NCBI GenBank assembly: GCA_000092065.1
Contig: CP000582.1
DNA: 64,000 bases
From: Ostreococcus lucimarinus
Taxonomy: Eukaryota
Strand: one strand, 5' to 3'
Part shown: positions 62,601 to 64,000 of the stretch, one piece after another
How the letters are laid out: every line of letters begins with the position of its first letter
How positions within the stretch are numbered: position 1 is the stretch's first letter
Program-made: the position numbers and the translations under genes
Notes under the pieces: model-generated
What the model was told of the DNA's origin: nothing
The model's database searches: none
What the model saw: the letters and a program-made list of their open reading frames with translations, nothing else

Positions 62601-64000
62601 TGAATTTCGCGCTACCAGCACATCCCAATGGCCGACTTCATTGCGATACCTCTCCATGTAGAAAAGTTCAATGTGTAGGGTAATGCATTTCATCTCACGT
62701 GAACGATGATGTATAAGTGTCTTTGAGTCTTCAAATAGCTTGCTCGGTAGAGCGAGGCCGGATTTTGACAATGTGCGCCCATACAAACTCTGTGATGAAG
62801 GACGGAAACACAATCGCCGTGCTGATTGAGATTGTCTTGTGAAATGTGATGCACATCGAGTCAAACGTGCTTCGAATGCGAGCTGTCCGCAGGCTTCTGC
62901 ACTGTTGAAAGTTCCATCGTGCGTACTTAGAGAGACAGTCCAGACATCTCGTGCGCATGTTTTCGTGCGATGAATACACTTTGTGATCAGGAAACGATCG
63001 TCATTGCCCAGCATATTAAGGGTCTGAAGATAACTCTCGATGTGTGCGCCAATTCCATGCATGTGAGCGTGGATGCACAAAATTATCTTGCAAGTCCCTT
63101 TCAAGTGTAGAAAATGGCCACGCATGTTTATCATCGGACTTCCACTGTCTTCAGCTTGATTAAATTCTAGTCTATGCCATAAAAATTCCATATCAGTGGT
63201 TCCCAAATGTTTACACCATTCATCTGAAGCAGCCACGATGTGTGCGTTTGTTCCAGAGTATCCAAACGAGCTTATCGATTTTAAGGCTGGGTTTAACGCG
63301 CATCGGCCTCGATTGAATCTCAATACATTCACATACTCCTTTACACTATCAAGAACAATTGGATTCATGTTGCGCAAAGACAATAGAAATCTACTTAAGC
63401 GCATATCATAAAGTGTCATCACTAACCCATGGATTCCTGAAGACGCTTCGCTGTGCCCATGTAGCGTCTTACTTGCCTGGAAGACGACGGGAGAGCGACC
63501 CACACAGTATACTCGTTGAATTGCAGCTATCTCGATGGGATCACCGAGCTGCGTACCTGTGCCATGTAACTCAGACTCATCTACGCCATTTCCTTCGACA
63601 TTAATGCCTGAGTGCGATGCACAGGATTGAATTAGCTCAAATTGAGCGTTGCCGTTCGGTGCCACCAAGGAACTAGTCCTTCCATCTTGGTTTATTTTGC
63701 TTGCTTTGAAGTATCCTACGTTTTCACTGATATCGTTCGATGCAGCGTGATCCACGCGACGTTTTGCAAGAAGCAGGCCTGCATAATTTTCGGCCCGACC
63801 ATATCCGTCGGCTTCGACGTCCATCGCTTTACATCTGCCATCTGATGATAGCATTCCTGCTGCATTGCAGACTATTGAAGTTCTTGGATCAAATATTAAG
63901 TTGACCCCGAAGGCCAGTTGTTCACAATCTCGATAATGATCATCACAAACACATGAAAAGTGCACTGCAACTAACGATGAAGAACACGCGGTATCAATAG
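29676..64000 (-). CDS. giant modular type I polyketide synthase / NRPS hybrid megasynthase, AT-less (trans-AT-like), intronless, N-terminus outside window
   Basis: Single stop-free minus-strand frame, stop TAA at 29676-29678. It enters the window inside a KS (first residues ...GMLSSDGRCKAMDVEADGYGRAE...). KS signatures (DTACSSSLV / HGTGT.LGDPIE / GH.E.ASG) recur at least 8 times, plus one degenerate copy. Recurring DH (H...G....P), KR (TGG.G.IG ... Y..AN) and ACP (G.DSLG) domains are present. There is one ER (LNFRDVL ... HGTTGGVGLA), one C domain (HHIAGDA), a degenerate A domain and a PCP. No GHSxG/AFHS acyltransferase motif was seen anywhere. Confidence 0.95.
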   Translation of the reverse strand, partial: IDTACSSSLVAVHFSCVCDDHYRDCEQLAFGVNLIFDPRTSIVCNAAGMLSSDGRCKAMDVEADGYGRAENYAGLLLAKRRVDHAASNDISENVGYFKASKINQDGRTSSLVAPNGNAQFELIQSCASHSGINVEGNGVDESELHGTGTQLGDPIEIAAIQRVYCVGRSPVVFQASKTLHGHSEASSGIHGLVMTLYDMRLSRFLLSLRNMNPIVLDSVKEYVNVLRFNRGRCALNPALKSISSFGYSGTNAHIVAASDEWCKHLGTTDMEFLWHRLEFNQAEDSGSPMINMRGHFLHLKGTCKIILCIHAHMHGIGAHIESYLQTLNMLGNDDRFLITKCIHRTKTCARDVWTVSLSTHDGTFNSAEACGQLAFEARLTRCASHFTRQSQSARRLCFRPSSQSLYGRTLSKSGLALPSKLFEDSKTLIHHRSREMKCITLHIELFYMERYRNEVGHWDVLVARNSSSSKFHYLEHQSVSRSHLRKRKTNHKKPDVPSEFNHNGAQLSLYEIVSACYRDVSFHSFMKDKTLIESGMDSLGITEFFARLQQQLGCRIPASLLTESLSMEELIKRLEMNQVATAVSQSEAHANVKDDSVLVSSQEQKIFVLHFKLYPSSCAYNMSMIVDISMEKDIIEVFNCMLLNHPILRMRFSPNDSVSIKSGETISSIPILRCDRKNCGSVHRRSEIVIAEAKSYPFDIFNDAPLRLYRLGESKLLVVLHHIAGDALSLAIIAHACRSNTLTCDRPGTFDSYTSWFHHLIDQKDRRAQLRNKALIHWENVLTENKRSSFNASKLRHDFMTDLNSPDILRGAGVPFKLSASATRLLKSTARILGTTTCTILLSCWLIVIATITERQVQASRLARITLGNSFDLRCASSLSQQSTIGCYAAVVPGRCVVDMNINFSHIVANVHHMINAARECPLVPINDIIHLLCTRHGCDFHANNPMFETCFSFVSNLRRSKCMESRVEHFQQAVFSLWLGLQDSHADISGTLMYDESKFCRGTVDNLIACLEHTCRSSCEEQLHSGKTLLKSLILKSSIRMERGTSLQHSHTSRLMRARLSQSIQKSRNESAQTNTNVKTIYISQPLYVTSSNVCIYLDIDQHMTTYREYIFNLIPEVRHSRLRVYAVTSNFYLRLLLHYVVASLDGVLLVHRDSDSIPDAEVLSFSPHVIFGSTTLLRKYVFTRPPTALGKNISNIRLQYSQKVPGKGLDYPCIMPVDTSPFVVHMHATGHTKLTLFSTHMHYSFIRNLQLSLSINCTDISLHFANKAGLLNITTATAVLNAKGSIVINESDSGTIHRSIARERVTILIAPESIGASMVRSEFSSSFDASSLRLLVVENLSKQRYQYLLKSLFSKFGCQIMSYDNPTYDSYNARSPTIYGSEIFYNTTSMAHELRWHTTRTQHPLCVMRAVTNNGELALLRSGFVGEIQCLLNQHECFRRTEWTDDDWFRTLDLLIIAHDGSKSVTPSRKPVDVFRLKSNSALHNSADDISSEKVQFSPNQDVRSISHSISPIEIGIVATSGNILQTSDAISCHQVSKFDVAKDLNTTLHDDGLSYNFGNHHDLRGFDSSCFRLTLQEIISMDSQQQNLLFYAQKLLSSTSSYQKTKNTSLALGISQFGDVSLSVNDQSVMGQAHSVASGRIAFFFDIHGPCVSVDTACSSSLVALHLVSTFFALTKCTFGLPAAVNHIICENVTDALYRLGMLSLEGRCKTLDISADGYVRSEYTCLLAVVDLSKSDFSPARVVQVCATQINQDGRSSALTTPNGTSQVSLLRQALRSCHKCSNSFNISMHGTGTALGDPIEINAILEAIQSAKLVNINASKSIAGHAEAASGMINLVFTIQESTNHLFSQILHLRRLNTHIVCDIDSSGSLVSLPRENVSLVENSSLRYFGTSAFAFQGTNAHTISRLLASHHYSVRWSTLQIAGRHGQLSQLSSSLRWACSMSTGKTSQSFILKIDSVLYKHHRVRNRTICPATVLYRVMFLVGHPEQHTMLYHPIRHAVQSVIISTSLYLDKPNVDLSLKLDESGYCTLSSGTSTSFTTSNTVSKGLHVCYAQISGMLRLSDYGAPSLYQSFGGVGSVGRTTSDVFCGHNRAKHEDCSLQLGFVGSIRSQDPPLHLFLPSGVTSYTHRKSEIRTRAIVSTLPSLNLNDRSDILSDHFASNKAYSTILFHIVSRRMRTDQFSNPTGMSHTKPSAFKYSIIAFQPLLLGHGLRSNIIASELRKHSTFTNVRGVSDFLQLAHALRRATKVSVHTTREMEQLDASSMMRVALSEGMISIVDSVSHPSSASVRHVIVPWESPNVNNSVVVIQNKHAYLKSITEVSRQNVQGVRNHVSGSLIRRDFDSPLKQISLYLTGGTGHIASNILQWYCSKFQVMAILHGRSGRFLHTNRSLDSAFIRVSRHGIEPNSCVDLHMYHCAGVLHDALIQFQNFFTCSKVLAPKISITSELYNKYACLDFRRLTLCSSISCLFATRGQLGYVAANAFMDSSSNMCRNVGSSIISIQWGAWSNGGMVDEVVSSRYIKSGISMLLPTDAVRLLVQNIDINCTLLLCHIGMNHFNIGYSSTCGVYFCSGNLKLTSNPGKYSKAENSSYQINSSSRVLRTRNHIEADVLKILKSVTNCQDVMDASIRWDFDSFSAIEFSEILSASFDIKLPLTLAFDFVSYVDVAHYIFDKMHDNVITMGPLQTSKISSKETIILSYVTGSYPDVQNEAADLISHVPFAKWDILVDGPKWKTSSIFGSFLFPQTSFFDFELFQISQAESRRIDVQQRLALNDTLKCVHMIDDANLSGILVAISSMDHCGLDISKTGFATDAAFSVVPGRVSFHHNLGGVSIAIDTACSSSLVAVDVARRYLRDEGNHIIVYGVNVILLQSTMSLFAVTGMLADDGRCKSLDVCADGYSRAEASHACLLHSGAKQKLPTKTSGYVCSILHSIINQDGRSSALTAPNGQAQQRALVELLHGSRAGHVECSYLHSTGTPLGDPIEIGAYLGGLVHFESHSHAVQLEAVKCRVGHGEPASGVLTLSQVAKSLISSNTGNVSLRVMNPLVEDRVCTHAAIVINRQCHQMEFLADCPKFVTTSAFAFQGTNCMIALTLGFESHNVTSVLKNLKVQWNVDIFTPHPQIQYIPAKGLIELQFKHLHSNYLLDHTVKDTCILPNTAILEIFLSAHAGLFSTCRVAGAANQLTCAPIPLSSKQRHRKIHLRIEDYKSRIVIQHTMHACAHIADVPNRAHTRCSIESKNTFAASKYVYSRTARIPRWMHIEQMFAFEPNVMDCSLQLRACTSVVDTPNVLLLPVGVKMATISNCSGNSMLSCRISLKNCGESDHCMQNATRNFTVSLSCASFRRARFDADIKLKRQAKIKVIYTNSLYRKDTMGRKDAINFSTILCTNPIQRASLKFESGVNTTQLISSSFCALQNVATHVQVAELGLSTTHTPCISSAVETVCKIACEEISTPYYIKSMGSYDITRNMGCRDHTIPQCSYIDSLGTEQTTISHKVVSVRFLEAQRVKATISSRYLPRILDSTFSTDTMQFDGGILMSGGLGALSTIIARHIYTNKPRTGELICASRSGRSARFDLNHSCPFMEISVHKIDVASWADFSATFAAPNLACEYVLHASGLLYDGLSVHQNPNKIRTVCAPKHRAAEKLQCAFSLTALRAWLVFSSTSHVLKSTGQANYAAANAMTDSFAQNQTQCGNVWKSIQWGAWDCTDGMSTPTVLQRLHDLGVGSVDEKSALCMLDKILSSKGLSIVLVNKFKELPHQRRPRARKLHEHTNLSKNERGFVERDAGKDIPVKMPMRSFEDIRLSVSAIVSSVMGMRVQDDVSLVEMGIDSIVSVDIRDQISSALNSDLPVTLVFNYPTVRDISAYLATLLSYQDSVPSLQSNLMLEAASNDDSIHSIPILSSLLPNSDNHMGTRWSTDVDHTIGKSVRCGVTIESPDRFDCSYFNVGRQEALYIDPQHRIVLMLVDNCVSVVKDMDNSWGVGVGISSAEYATLCAYSESNFLGTGTIASVASGRISYTFALSGRSVCVDTACSSALICVTMFHRTLDTHMRGCCLGGINLTLLERSSLIFEMSKMLSADGHCKTLDASADGYVRAEAGMMHILLWRHTLVSNSIILHGSAANQDGRSSSLTAPSGLAQEAVMKLATQRRDVSVETIQLHGTGTILGDPIELSATMSAYSYSSYTVALQANKSHCGHAEPASGSINILKASESVSSSKCISIRLLRCINTHISETFNQAHKNSMRSPRAIVPLLNAHFSSETHASVSAFAFQGTNAHAILQNRIKRATNLPIRWSMRLLQRDRIWITPTLPQRLHSLTVAKSTHVVMQGNIISTNNTGLFDHSVHGKAILPAASMLLLCSSAVRMFVETKIRNMCDVTIPTARVILPANGKAQINDIRIDTTSSALEMYSESILFFKCLWKCTRSTKVYQTHEYANPLVFDNNTMVCTSRSSIKIDFFHDYHSSSLDNTFQSCAALHSPKSFSSYIPTGLRELYLSNAFTDVIDRTTYVKIPLTTKISREPLSEADYSMYADNFSIGSVIKFRMKSSRIRASIHKVHKNTLWNLVRYRASKHLSDLHGHSFQYFPWASADSSCLNRTALAVISHVSARSYRIDTHIPRHTYSWSMYSSPLPKNSNIYSKMKTCEIAATYLKIEAMGISATKHLPGIGKLQNDDEVHVIPSRIPNIFICENNSYYGTSLRNGVSISGATGAIGSCLSLFLLHSDASNLSLSSRRGWSAHIAKLRVHSRFGQSIVRSFKSDRGIAREGLTSIDRNRINTFVYASGSLCDAVVLRQTPETMSTVTSAKVLGYVRDHALANIQAQRSIACSSITGFIYSFGQMNYSISNNVLDECVKLMFNSGFSSSSVQFGAWTDAVFGMARLDAHLEKRLLASINVAHGLFMLNLSMLNACTVPTYIASRLPALTSPSTPNIVSDSIQTKTSSYSFDTIADFLRHAIMSSIDMETYTYIDDAQPIMQLGLDSLALADLRSSINAKFQIDLPIISMFDYPTVHELSKAIFSFTDARTTSDSVISLDLKSKSLGLNPHEGTGSNVHKISNISLRYPNNIKNLQSLRTSLVTGAELQRRLSTRFDVELLSGSTRFAVLLRDIFYFDNTIFHLTPQETICMDPQQRHLLNCCIECLHGVSDTKIYHHMGVFIGVMWNDYQFILRSTKWAFYAYAGTGNGISFLASRPSFTFGMNGPSIAIDTACSSSMVAAHLACASMDGSHASSTLSGGTQCILIPDTFVTLSSLGAIAYDGRCKTLDAGADGYGRGEAFGLLHLEPVQPAHRYESRHDFVLSACTVNQDGRSSSFTAPNGPSQQKLIQVALLRIENASSRSCYLSLHGTGTSLGDSIELSSLMQLQSCFSFLLIGTSKSSLGHTEGSAGVVGILDSIVCSTHAVNFGMRLCRNLNPHLSVFTHVASEGNVHIARAMTTAPQIELTASSSFGMSGVNAHTIIRAIPSKLTHRCCSTRARLLCSQMFHAGVGTLYSNVQLISVFKSASRAVFTVNICRPAWSSLHDHSVNHTPVLPAAASLIIPIIPLDDLLIDSVLQMKTILLIPIVLKQLDTISVVTYRDSTMRLMLRSGESATTSKFRKTNDGSNIREPFQQLGHCIRSRRGALKTKMSKYVGSACATVGAAHLIDCSMHILYCLMDKENNDVVHVPAVIHIFQLQQLPLEHQFESSSSAKKKDAPESNHTTSNLALLRRLQCKPLSTMNRAFERENLNKKVQSSVLYALMWCAVHHIKHVCPQTPHSYNLGRSMDTNTSTSYRYAPSYAAMMQNVHASIRLVGLATSSTPVGRAGENMSNVISASVIHTISMVSVADLNQTYHLDVHSDSPLSLKRASSHFKKAECESRAEPIQSQYLARARYVPMIHGCRKVPLNNFVLQPSPRGAIKDLTPVPSIALDSGITVSKPFVRTRILAVGLNFRDVLNILDMYPGVTEPPGTDFSGIIDDVYSHSHGDAIFGLTTGCLGDVAYVHRSLFSIKPPRVNFIEASAIPTVFLTVDECFSSIRRLKTTPAHLLVHGTTGGVGLAIKSICSMMGDSLSGTSSNVKKRHLMRYLGIPCMSNSRSTKFSQSVFLSSLSRSCPVDVVLNTLTSPGMIAASLSILNVHATFLELSKRGIWSADAFEKENYKATYEVKAIDHQSIAELSFRLSLLGLFMCAGLIQPSICLSNEFRFIRQSMREMTRASHIGKVVVYHKTVMSGHQLVTGGTGAIGILLTRWLLGIGANSVILLSRNGHNNGIMRLPRDSRLHFTLENADISCSEFSTIFRSLSLSDSVGIFHTSGVLRDALICDQTSAHLAEVSAPKVSGVKRLHSALKDAYLVKTFLNFSSLAATIASIGQSNYTYANSWLDQWSSTCKERGMVNESIQWGAWLAGDGMANSDGISRRMERVGLQYIQPSVAMSIIQTRLDHSILHHNFTLLSQQLIATGLNWSRFMSFAVKNRFLYGKKQNFNQAGNVDSKNTASAKDTEVLVVQKLLQIFKEVSGHELTADSAIMEAGVDSLGAVESRNAIADAFTITDLPSTLIFDYPTVKSIAGLILGAENEIKRTETELPIDSPTRSIEVRISSVSSPGQYQHALDDVSGVPENRWDIRADDYALIRFGRFLHNIEYFDIALFSMRRAEATAVDPQQRILLARALDGRAHAVNGQYSEGCGVVVGISSTDYSAITSRAGKLQATGGSLSVACGRISFTYNLRGTCASIDTACSSSLVGSHVARNAVLTGECDSMICCGVNITLNPTTTIVFRTAGMLADDGRCKTLDMAANGYVRGEGSTLLLLTPHSDGVRDDYCMFYASASSVNQDGRSSSLTAPHGPSQQSVILHTMLQSGNDNSSSGGIELHGTGTSLGDPIEVGAARTVLSSLKRLPVVTFSAMKTRCGHTEPASGGMGLCGIVDCIFRLNTPALVHLCQLSTHIQSILNQDTAERCGIALPRQATQSAWQCDAHAVNRGVSAFAFQGTNAHVSVRRDYVMKSLPDASVMQHSIECWISHAAFGLRLVHAVETSECLRIQLPPLKTRHIDRDHCVRGRLVLPATSFLELTLTCVKQLHTMTVNVVRRTQIHAACLLDTWRNDALSFKISQTTGSISVSSQRAGHTSCKVVQTMLTQRTPSPKVYYANVSKSSLDLHFKVHSKKVQTLDQSFAAELDAHVQSLSALRLNTFSDDSFELHLPVSLEICTHQTSLARSRDHALSRFSPQKMQSDHIAQQATENQLAMHELLGKKVASHSEPAAMGSERYYGGRQGRHAIDMIYRATWKTENTYRGPLLRTEGVTNVYSHLAAGRQSASRVASLAVQSLHASSNLCVIRTTATELVSACPRLCADTQSSIGRCIPVAGAMWGIFRSGAHEMSQRLVCVDLGASSIVHAKATDFLHSNSDSNEVHAKSISNRHVRTPTLSKVCPNLHAKMLWRDPRRAMAKHIAQCDSNALLHPCSDIYTGGVGGIGALIYEWNASICDRPFVLVGRSGRGKHIAPAKFTSLLTIQRVNLCVRSETERLVSCSVRNVGRVLHMSGVLKDSILMKQTFSTVSIAFANKTQGAQAVCHENLPQMSLTHVFFSSIAALLGSPGQTNYAGANALLDTLAQLGTTMGWRCMSLQWGPWGGSYGMAVRSAVGTPRNFGSLGIEVIDPHTALRTLRTLIQPPNMFSIYAVCPLRATGLHAWSVSTSHSAVSPPNAPYVDQNSTQLKIKISAGERGVPSCVIHGDEIAGRVASIVNDAVGRPLDAKEPLLDAGLDSLGAVELRSRLNDEFAVQLPSTVVFDHPSVYALAEAVAGELSHGKSNYGSAQVLRNSTIDVTYSAQVCISSVSSPGQYQHALDDVSGVPENRWDIRADDYALIRFGRFLHNIEYFDIALFSMRRAEATAVDPQQRILLARALDGRAHAVNGQYSEGCGVVVGISSTDYSAITSRAGKLQATGGSLSVACGRISFTYNLRGTCASIDTACSSSLVGSHVARNAVLTGECDSMICCGVNITLNPTTTIVFRTAGMLADDGRCKTLDMAANGYVRGEGSTLLLLTPHSDGVRDDYCMFYASASSVNQDGRSSSLTAPHGPSQQSVILHTMLQSGNDNSSSGGIELHGTGTSLGDPIEVGAARTVLSSLKRLPVVTFSAMKTRCGHTEPASGGMGLCGIVDCIFRLNTPALVHLCQLSTHIQSILNQDTAERCGIALPRQATQSAWQCDAHAVNRGVSAFAFQGTNAHVSVRRDYVMKYLPDASVMQHSIECWISHAAFGLRLVHAVETSECLRIQLPPLKTRHIDRDHCVRGRLVLPATSFLELTLTCVKQLHTMTVNVVRRTQIHAACLLDTWRNDALSFKISQTTGSISVSSQRAGHTSCKVVQTMLTQRTPSPKVYYANVSKSSLDLHFKVHSKKVQTLDQSFAAELDAHVQSLSALRLNTFSDDSFELHLPVSLEICTHQTSLARSRDHALSRFSPQKMQSDHIAQQATENQLAMHELLGKKVASHSEPAAMGSERYYGGRQGRHAIDMIYRATWKTENTYRGPLLRTEGVTNVYSHLAAGRQSASRVASLAVQSLHASSNLCVIRTTATELVSACPRLCADTQSSIGRCIPVAGAMWGIFRSGAHEMSQRLVCVDLGASSIVHAKATDFLHSNSDSNEVHAKSISNRHVRTPTLSKVCPNLHAKMLWRDPRRAMAKHIAQCDSNALLHPCSDIYTGGVGGIGALIYEWNASICDRPFVLVGRSGRGKHIAPAKFTSLLTIQRVNLCVRSETERLVSCSVRNVGRVLHMSGVLKDSILMKQTFSTVSIAFANKTQGAQAVCHENLPQMSLTHVFFSSIAALLGSPGQTNYAGANALLDTLAQLGTTMGWRCMSLQWGPWGGSYGMAVRSAVGTPRNFGSLGIEVIDPHTALRTLRTLIQPPNMFSIYAVCPLRATGLHAWSVPTSHSAVSPPNAPYVDQNSTQLKIKISAGERGVPSCVIHGDEIAGRVASIVNDAVGRPLDAKEPLLDAGLDSLGAVELRSRLNDEFAVQLPSTVVFDHPSVYALAEAVAGELSHGKSNYGSAQVLRNSTIDVTYSAQVCISSVSSPGQYQHALDDVSGVPENRWDIRADDYALIRFGRFLHNIEYFDIALFSMRRAEATAVDPQQRILLARALDGRAHAVNGQYSEGCGVVVGISSTDYSAITSRAGKLQATGGSLSVACGRISFTYNLRGTCASIDTACSSSLVGSHVARNAVLTGECDSMICCGVNITLNPTTTIVFRTAGMLADDGRCKTLDMAANGYVRGEGSTLLLLTPHSDGVRDDYCMFYASASSVNQDGRSSSLTAPHGPSQQSVILHTMLQSGNDNSSSGGIELHGTGTSLGDPIEVGAARTVLSSLKRLPVVTFSAMKTRCGHTEPASGGMGLCGIVDCIFRLNTPALVHLCQLSTHIQSILNQDTAERCGIALPRQATQSAWQCDAHAVNRGVSAFAFQGTNAHVSVRRDYVMKYLPDASVMQHSIECWISQLSSRATVALSTLTMACVSIRFNATVNALTSSPLQVASDATCLILDDRTTELSLKNVVLSTVYASKVLDAYLKSNKVLVYGSGYKVIDAQSNAIASTHATVRAGEHGVGLNANTVAAYADAEQGFVKFREMHGGLSSADIHVESNEYHEKPQHRLRCTLLDTFTGGNSVAYVRTVELYRRSCTVQYAQHDTLMCCIILSDHRFKYNYSRQNWSTFTPEVFLHISTDSVLCTSTSPSSSRSSVPNVEYLYALRWEASPLRVNVAPNGDTCATTTVRHTLCNYRRSVHRCGSLPTVVNILHSICALTTSSESKHLCVLSKSAPVTKRIFPSPISSIHKHISDLTLSTLPRVFCVENKNTTYAVCTGDSARIHPSGISNTTARLRHVSAVGHLAFTPNLCSTHSSPANMRRNNQCKNNQTEVHGAGEIGKLVYITALLNGQRLIRLTNRSGRCSYSVVVWNGSSSHSVTVDSVDNCHYSDNTWHNSRVQVNRSFFASGVLRDAIATKQTAYTIRVVVSPKLIGSLASIRDPTSLSVQTDYYSSISVLLGTFGQVNYVAANSSLDAHCNYAHHQGLDKVSVQWGAWVNLTGMMKQSALQLDSLTRFGIGSVPTKVGIHILSILNSVMIQDATIVANMFLWDKLSIPLLSQGVSTDSKRTLLCTDRTHPSTLSETQSLVSDHVRRVLGHTIDANMPFIDAGLDSMYLTELSRSIEICFDVPLPSTVAFDHPTITSLSKFIHKTTLRQKIDDCKPSAKEPMRIVVQDGIISSVACIAVHTGDADCKHIMHPVQFCGAIANGIDAIRKIPIDRWDVERIFSFTGISRKRDFVYHEYSRHGSFLRQLDVFDSNFFGIGRSDVRSLLEPQQRELLKACHEVTDVPYSDKSTRVYEQKISVYVGICTNDSDSVARDEAFRVMFTDSGCSAHDKLSNIAHGMSESTYAFASNRISHTFGFQGESISIDCASASGLVCIHLATSSSKVNVPSDPEYANSSIAASSNIILHRQLSDLHIARQMFPADGRCKTFDAQADGFERGEGVGAVMICTYKATSSKFMLVTLLGSSCIHKGGGASLRALRGPAIEYKVHRALLDANILPADVAFVEASGLGEPLGDAIEIGAYQRIFCFEDPSRTSNIGFGSLHTNLGHLDGASGMISLIKSALMSHALLTSPLVHFRKLNNLLLGQHACTTAEKMGHTWRDVNLDKRSHFPMLKGPTSGGIIGTSSFGYGGSMAHVLTNVRRDCRAFQEPRHRQNVLLTRCNAANQNTHVDANRLTFQLQKCIWNELHSSLSRNEPCRRRHPLSMSEPLHNVLRDIGFSHCGSGEFRENTIKGIAASVDAAIKVVTRETFSVGLSAGERICLWIESQVKKYTPLTDSNSWMPRLRLHEPKVKGKILFVLSSPRSGSTLLQMILNSHPSIFAPQELYLLNFETMYQRFESISRGHSWAFEGLRKAIVELRGCFADEADKIMHDMHSMSTKNVYEVLQNWCGDRILVDKSPPYSWSLDTLERAESIFEDVYYIFIHRHPYATIHSMSKETFKSRHDILENEKLLQLNGRKRLELLSASTIEQIWSHMDKLWARGNSNIIDFLRNVESTRQLEICYEDLVSDPTSHIDKICDFLKLPSCTNMTNPYSYNNAKMFEPIEPGGKGAADPNILSHCFINPTLANAWKDAASPGNLSEQSQRIAATLRYRLPQWKHRNSPVSRSFITRLNGNTTTPIVVFLNDVDCGTSFYSSLASSIKSAAFVVTTDWQSSTAASVSELAAMYVQRIRAYLDINNGDEVILVTRGLGVYIAREFVRLCETKQHVCADPSWREQASDAIQSNPKILGLVTLFTKEYEVLVSQQNNSDVGKILSYAALLASSYPEVKNESASVNASLRRVFIESNPNSVNECPNETLSILCCTQLLYSSRDPLFRVNPDFMSDIPICVISELEGISNELSLCFGIEHKYLDLRIEEKIDESALSDAINLLSKMTPK
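29679..30460 (-). other. C-terminal thioesterase-like alpha/beta-hydrolase domain of the megasynthase (nucleophile position apparently Gly)
   Basis: The N-terminal TE-type motif PIVVFLNDVDCGTSFYSSLASSI is present. At the expected GxSxG nucleophile elbow the sequence reads LVTRGLGVYIAREF, with no Ser by eye alignment. Confidence 0.5.
30610..31450 (-). other. sulfotransferase (ST) domain of the megasynthase
   Basis: The PAPS 5'-phosphosulfate loop KILFVLSSPRSGSTLLQMILNSHP (codons located at 31395-31409 by direct reverse translation) and a 3'-PB-like IHRHPYATIHSM are present. The domain is about 280 aa and sits between the terminal KS0 and the TE-like domain, as in CurM / olefin synthase. Confidence 0.7.
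31900..33240 (-). other. degenerate non-condensing ketosynthase (KS0) preceding the ST domain
   Basis: The active-site region reads ISIDCASASGLVCIH (codons at about 32699-32728) versus canonical IDTACSSSLV. The catalytic Cys position is Ser. HGTGT is replaced by EASGLGEPLGDAIE, and GHxEAASG is partly retained as NLGHLDGASG. Confidence 0.6.
35587..44262. repeat. intragenic tandem repeat: 3,702-bp unit x about 2.34 (copies 35587..39288, 39289..42990, partial 42991..44262), >99% identical
   Basis: Identical antisense ORFs recur every 3702 bp (35610/39312/43014 and others). The protein segment KS-[DH-KR-ACP-KS]-[DH-KR-ACP-KS] is repeated with only isolated substitutions (KSLPD/KYLPD, SVSTSH/SVPTSH). 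Homology breaks at 44262/44263 and 35586/35587. Confidence 0.9.
45390..46260 (-). other. enoylreductase (MDR-type ER) domain within a fully reducing DH-ER-KR-ACP module
   Basis: The motifs ILAVGLNFRDVLNILDMYPG and LLVHGTTGGVGLAIKSI (codons at 45881-45903) are present. The domain is followed by KR QLVTGGTGAIGILLTRWLL (about 45348) and ACP EAGVDSLGAVESR (about 44460). Confidence 0.7.
59165..60740 (-). other. degenerate adenylation-like (AMP-binding superfamily) region plus PCP-like carrier domain
   Basis: Weak A-core remnants are spaced as in A domains: A3-like SPFVVHMHATGHTKLTLFSTH, A4 FDAS, A6-like GELALLRSGFVGEIQ, and A7-like WFRTLDLL. A carrier-like HHDLRGFDSSCFRLTLQEI follows, corresponding to GGDSI/GGHSL. 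Confidence 0.4.
60900..62210 (-). other. NRPS-type condensation (C) domain
   Basis: The motif LLVVLHHIAGDALSLAIIAHAC (the HHxxxDG core; codons at about 61820-61840 verified by reverse translation) lies within an approximately 430-aa region. It follows an ACP (ESGMDSLGITEFFARL). Confidence 0.65.

Noticed and set aside
29704-63845. More than 100 plus-strand ORFs of 60-133 aa listed between 29.7 and 64 kb, including sets repeated every 3702 bp at 35610/39312/43014 and elsewhere
   Set aside because: All are antisense to a continuous, motif-rich megasynthase reading frame. The triplicated ones simply mirror the intragenic tandem repeat. No protein-like features.
29676-64000. Considered a PUFA synthase or metazoan-type FAS instead of a modular PKS
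   Set aside because: There are 9 serial KS-containing modules with individual reductive loops, an NRPS C domain and an ST-TE end. There is no tandem-ACP cluster or FabA-type DH pair characteristic of PUFA synthases.
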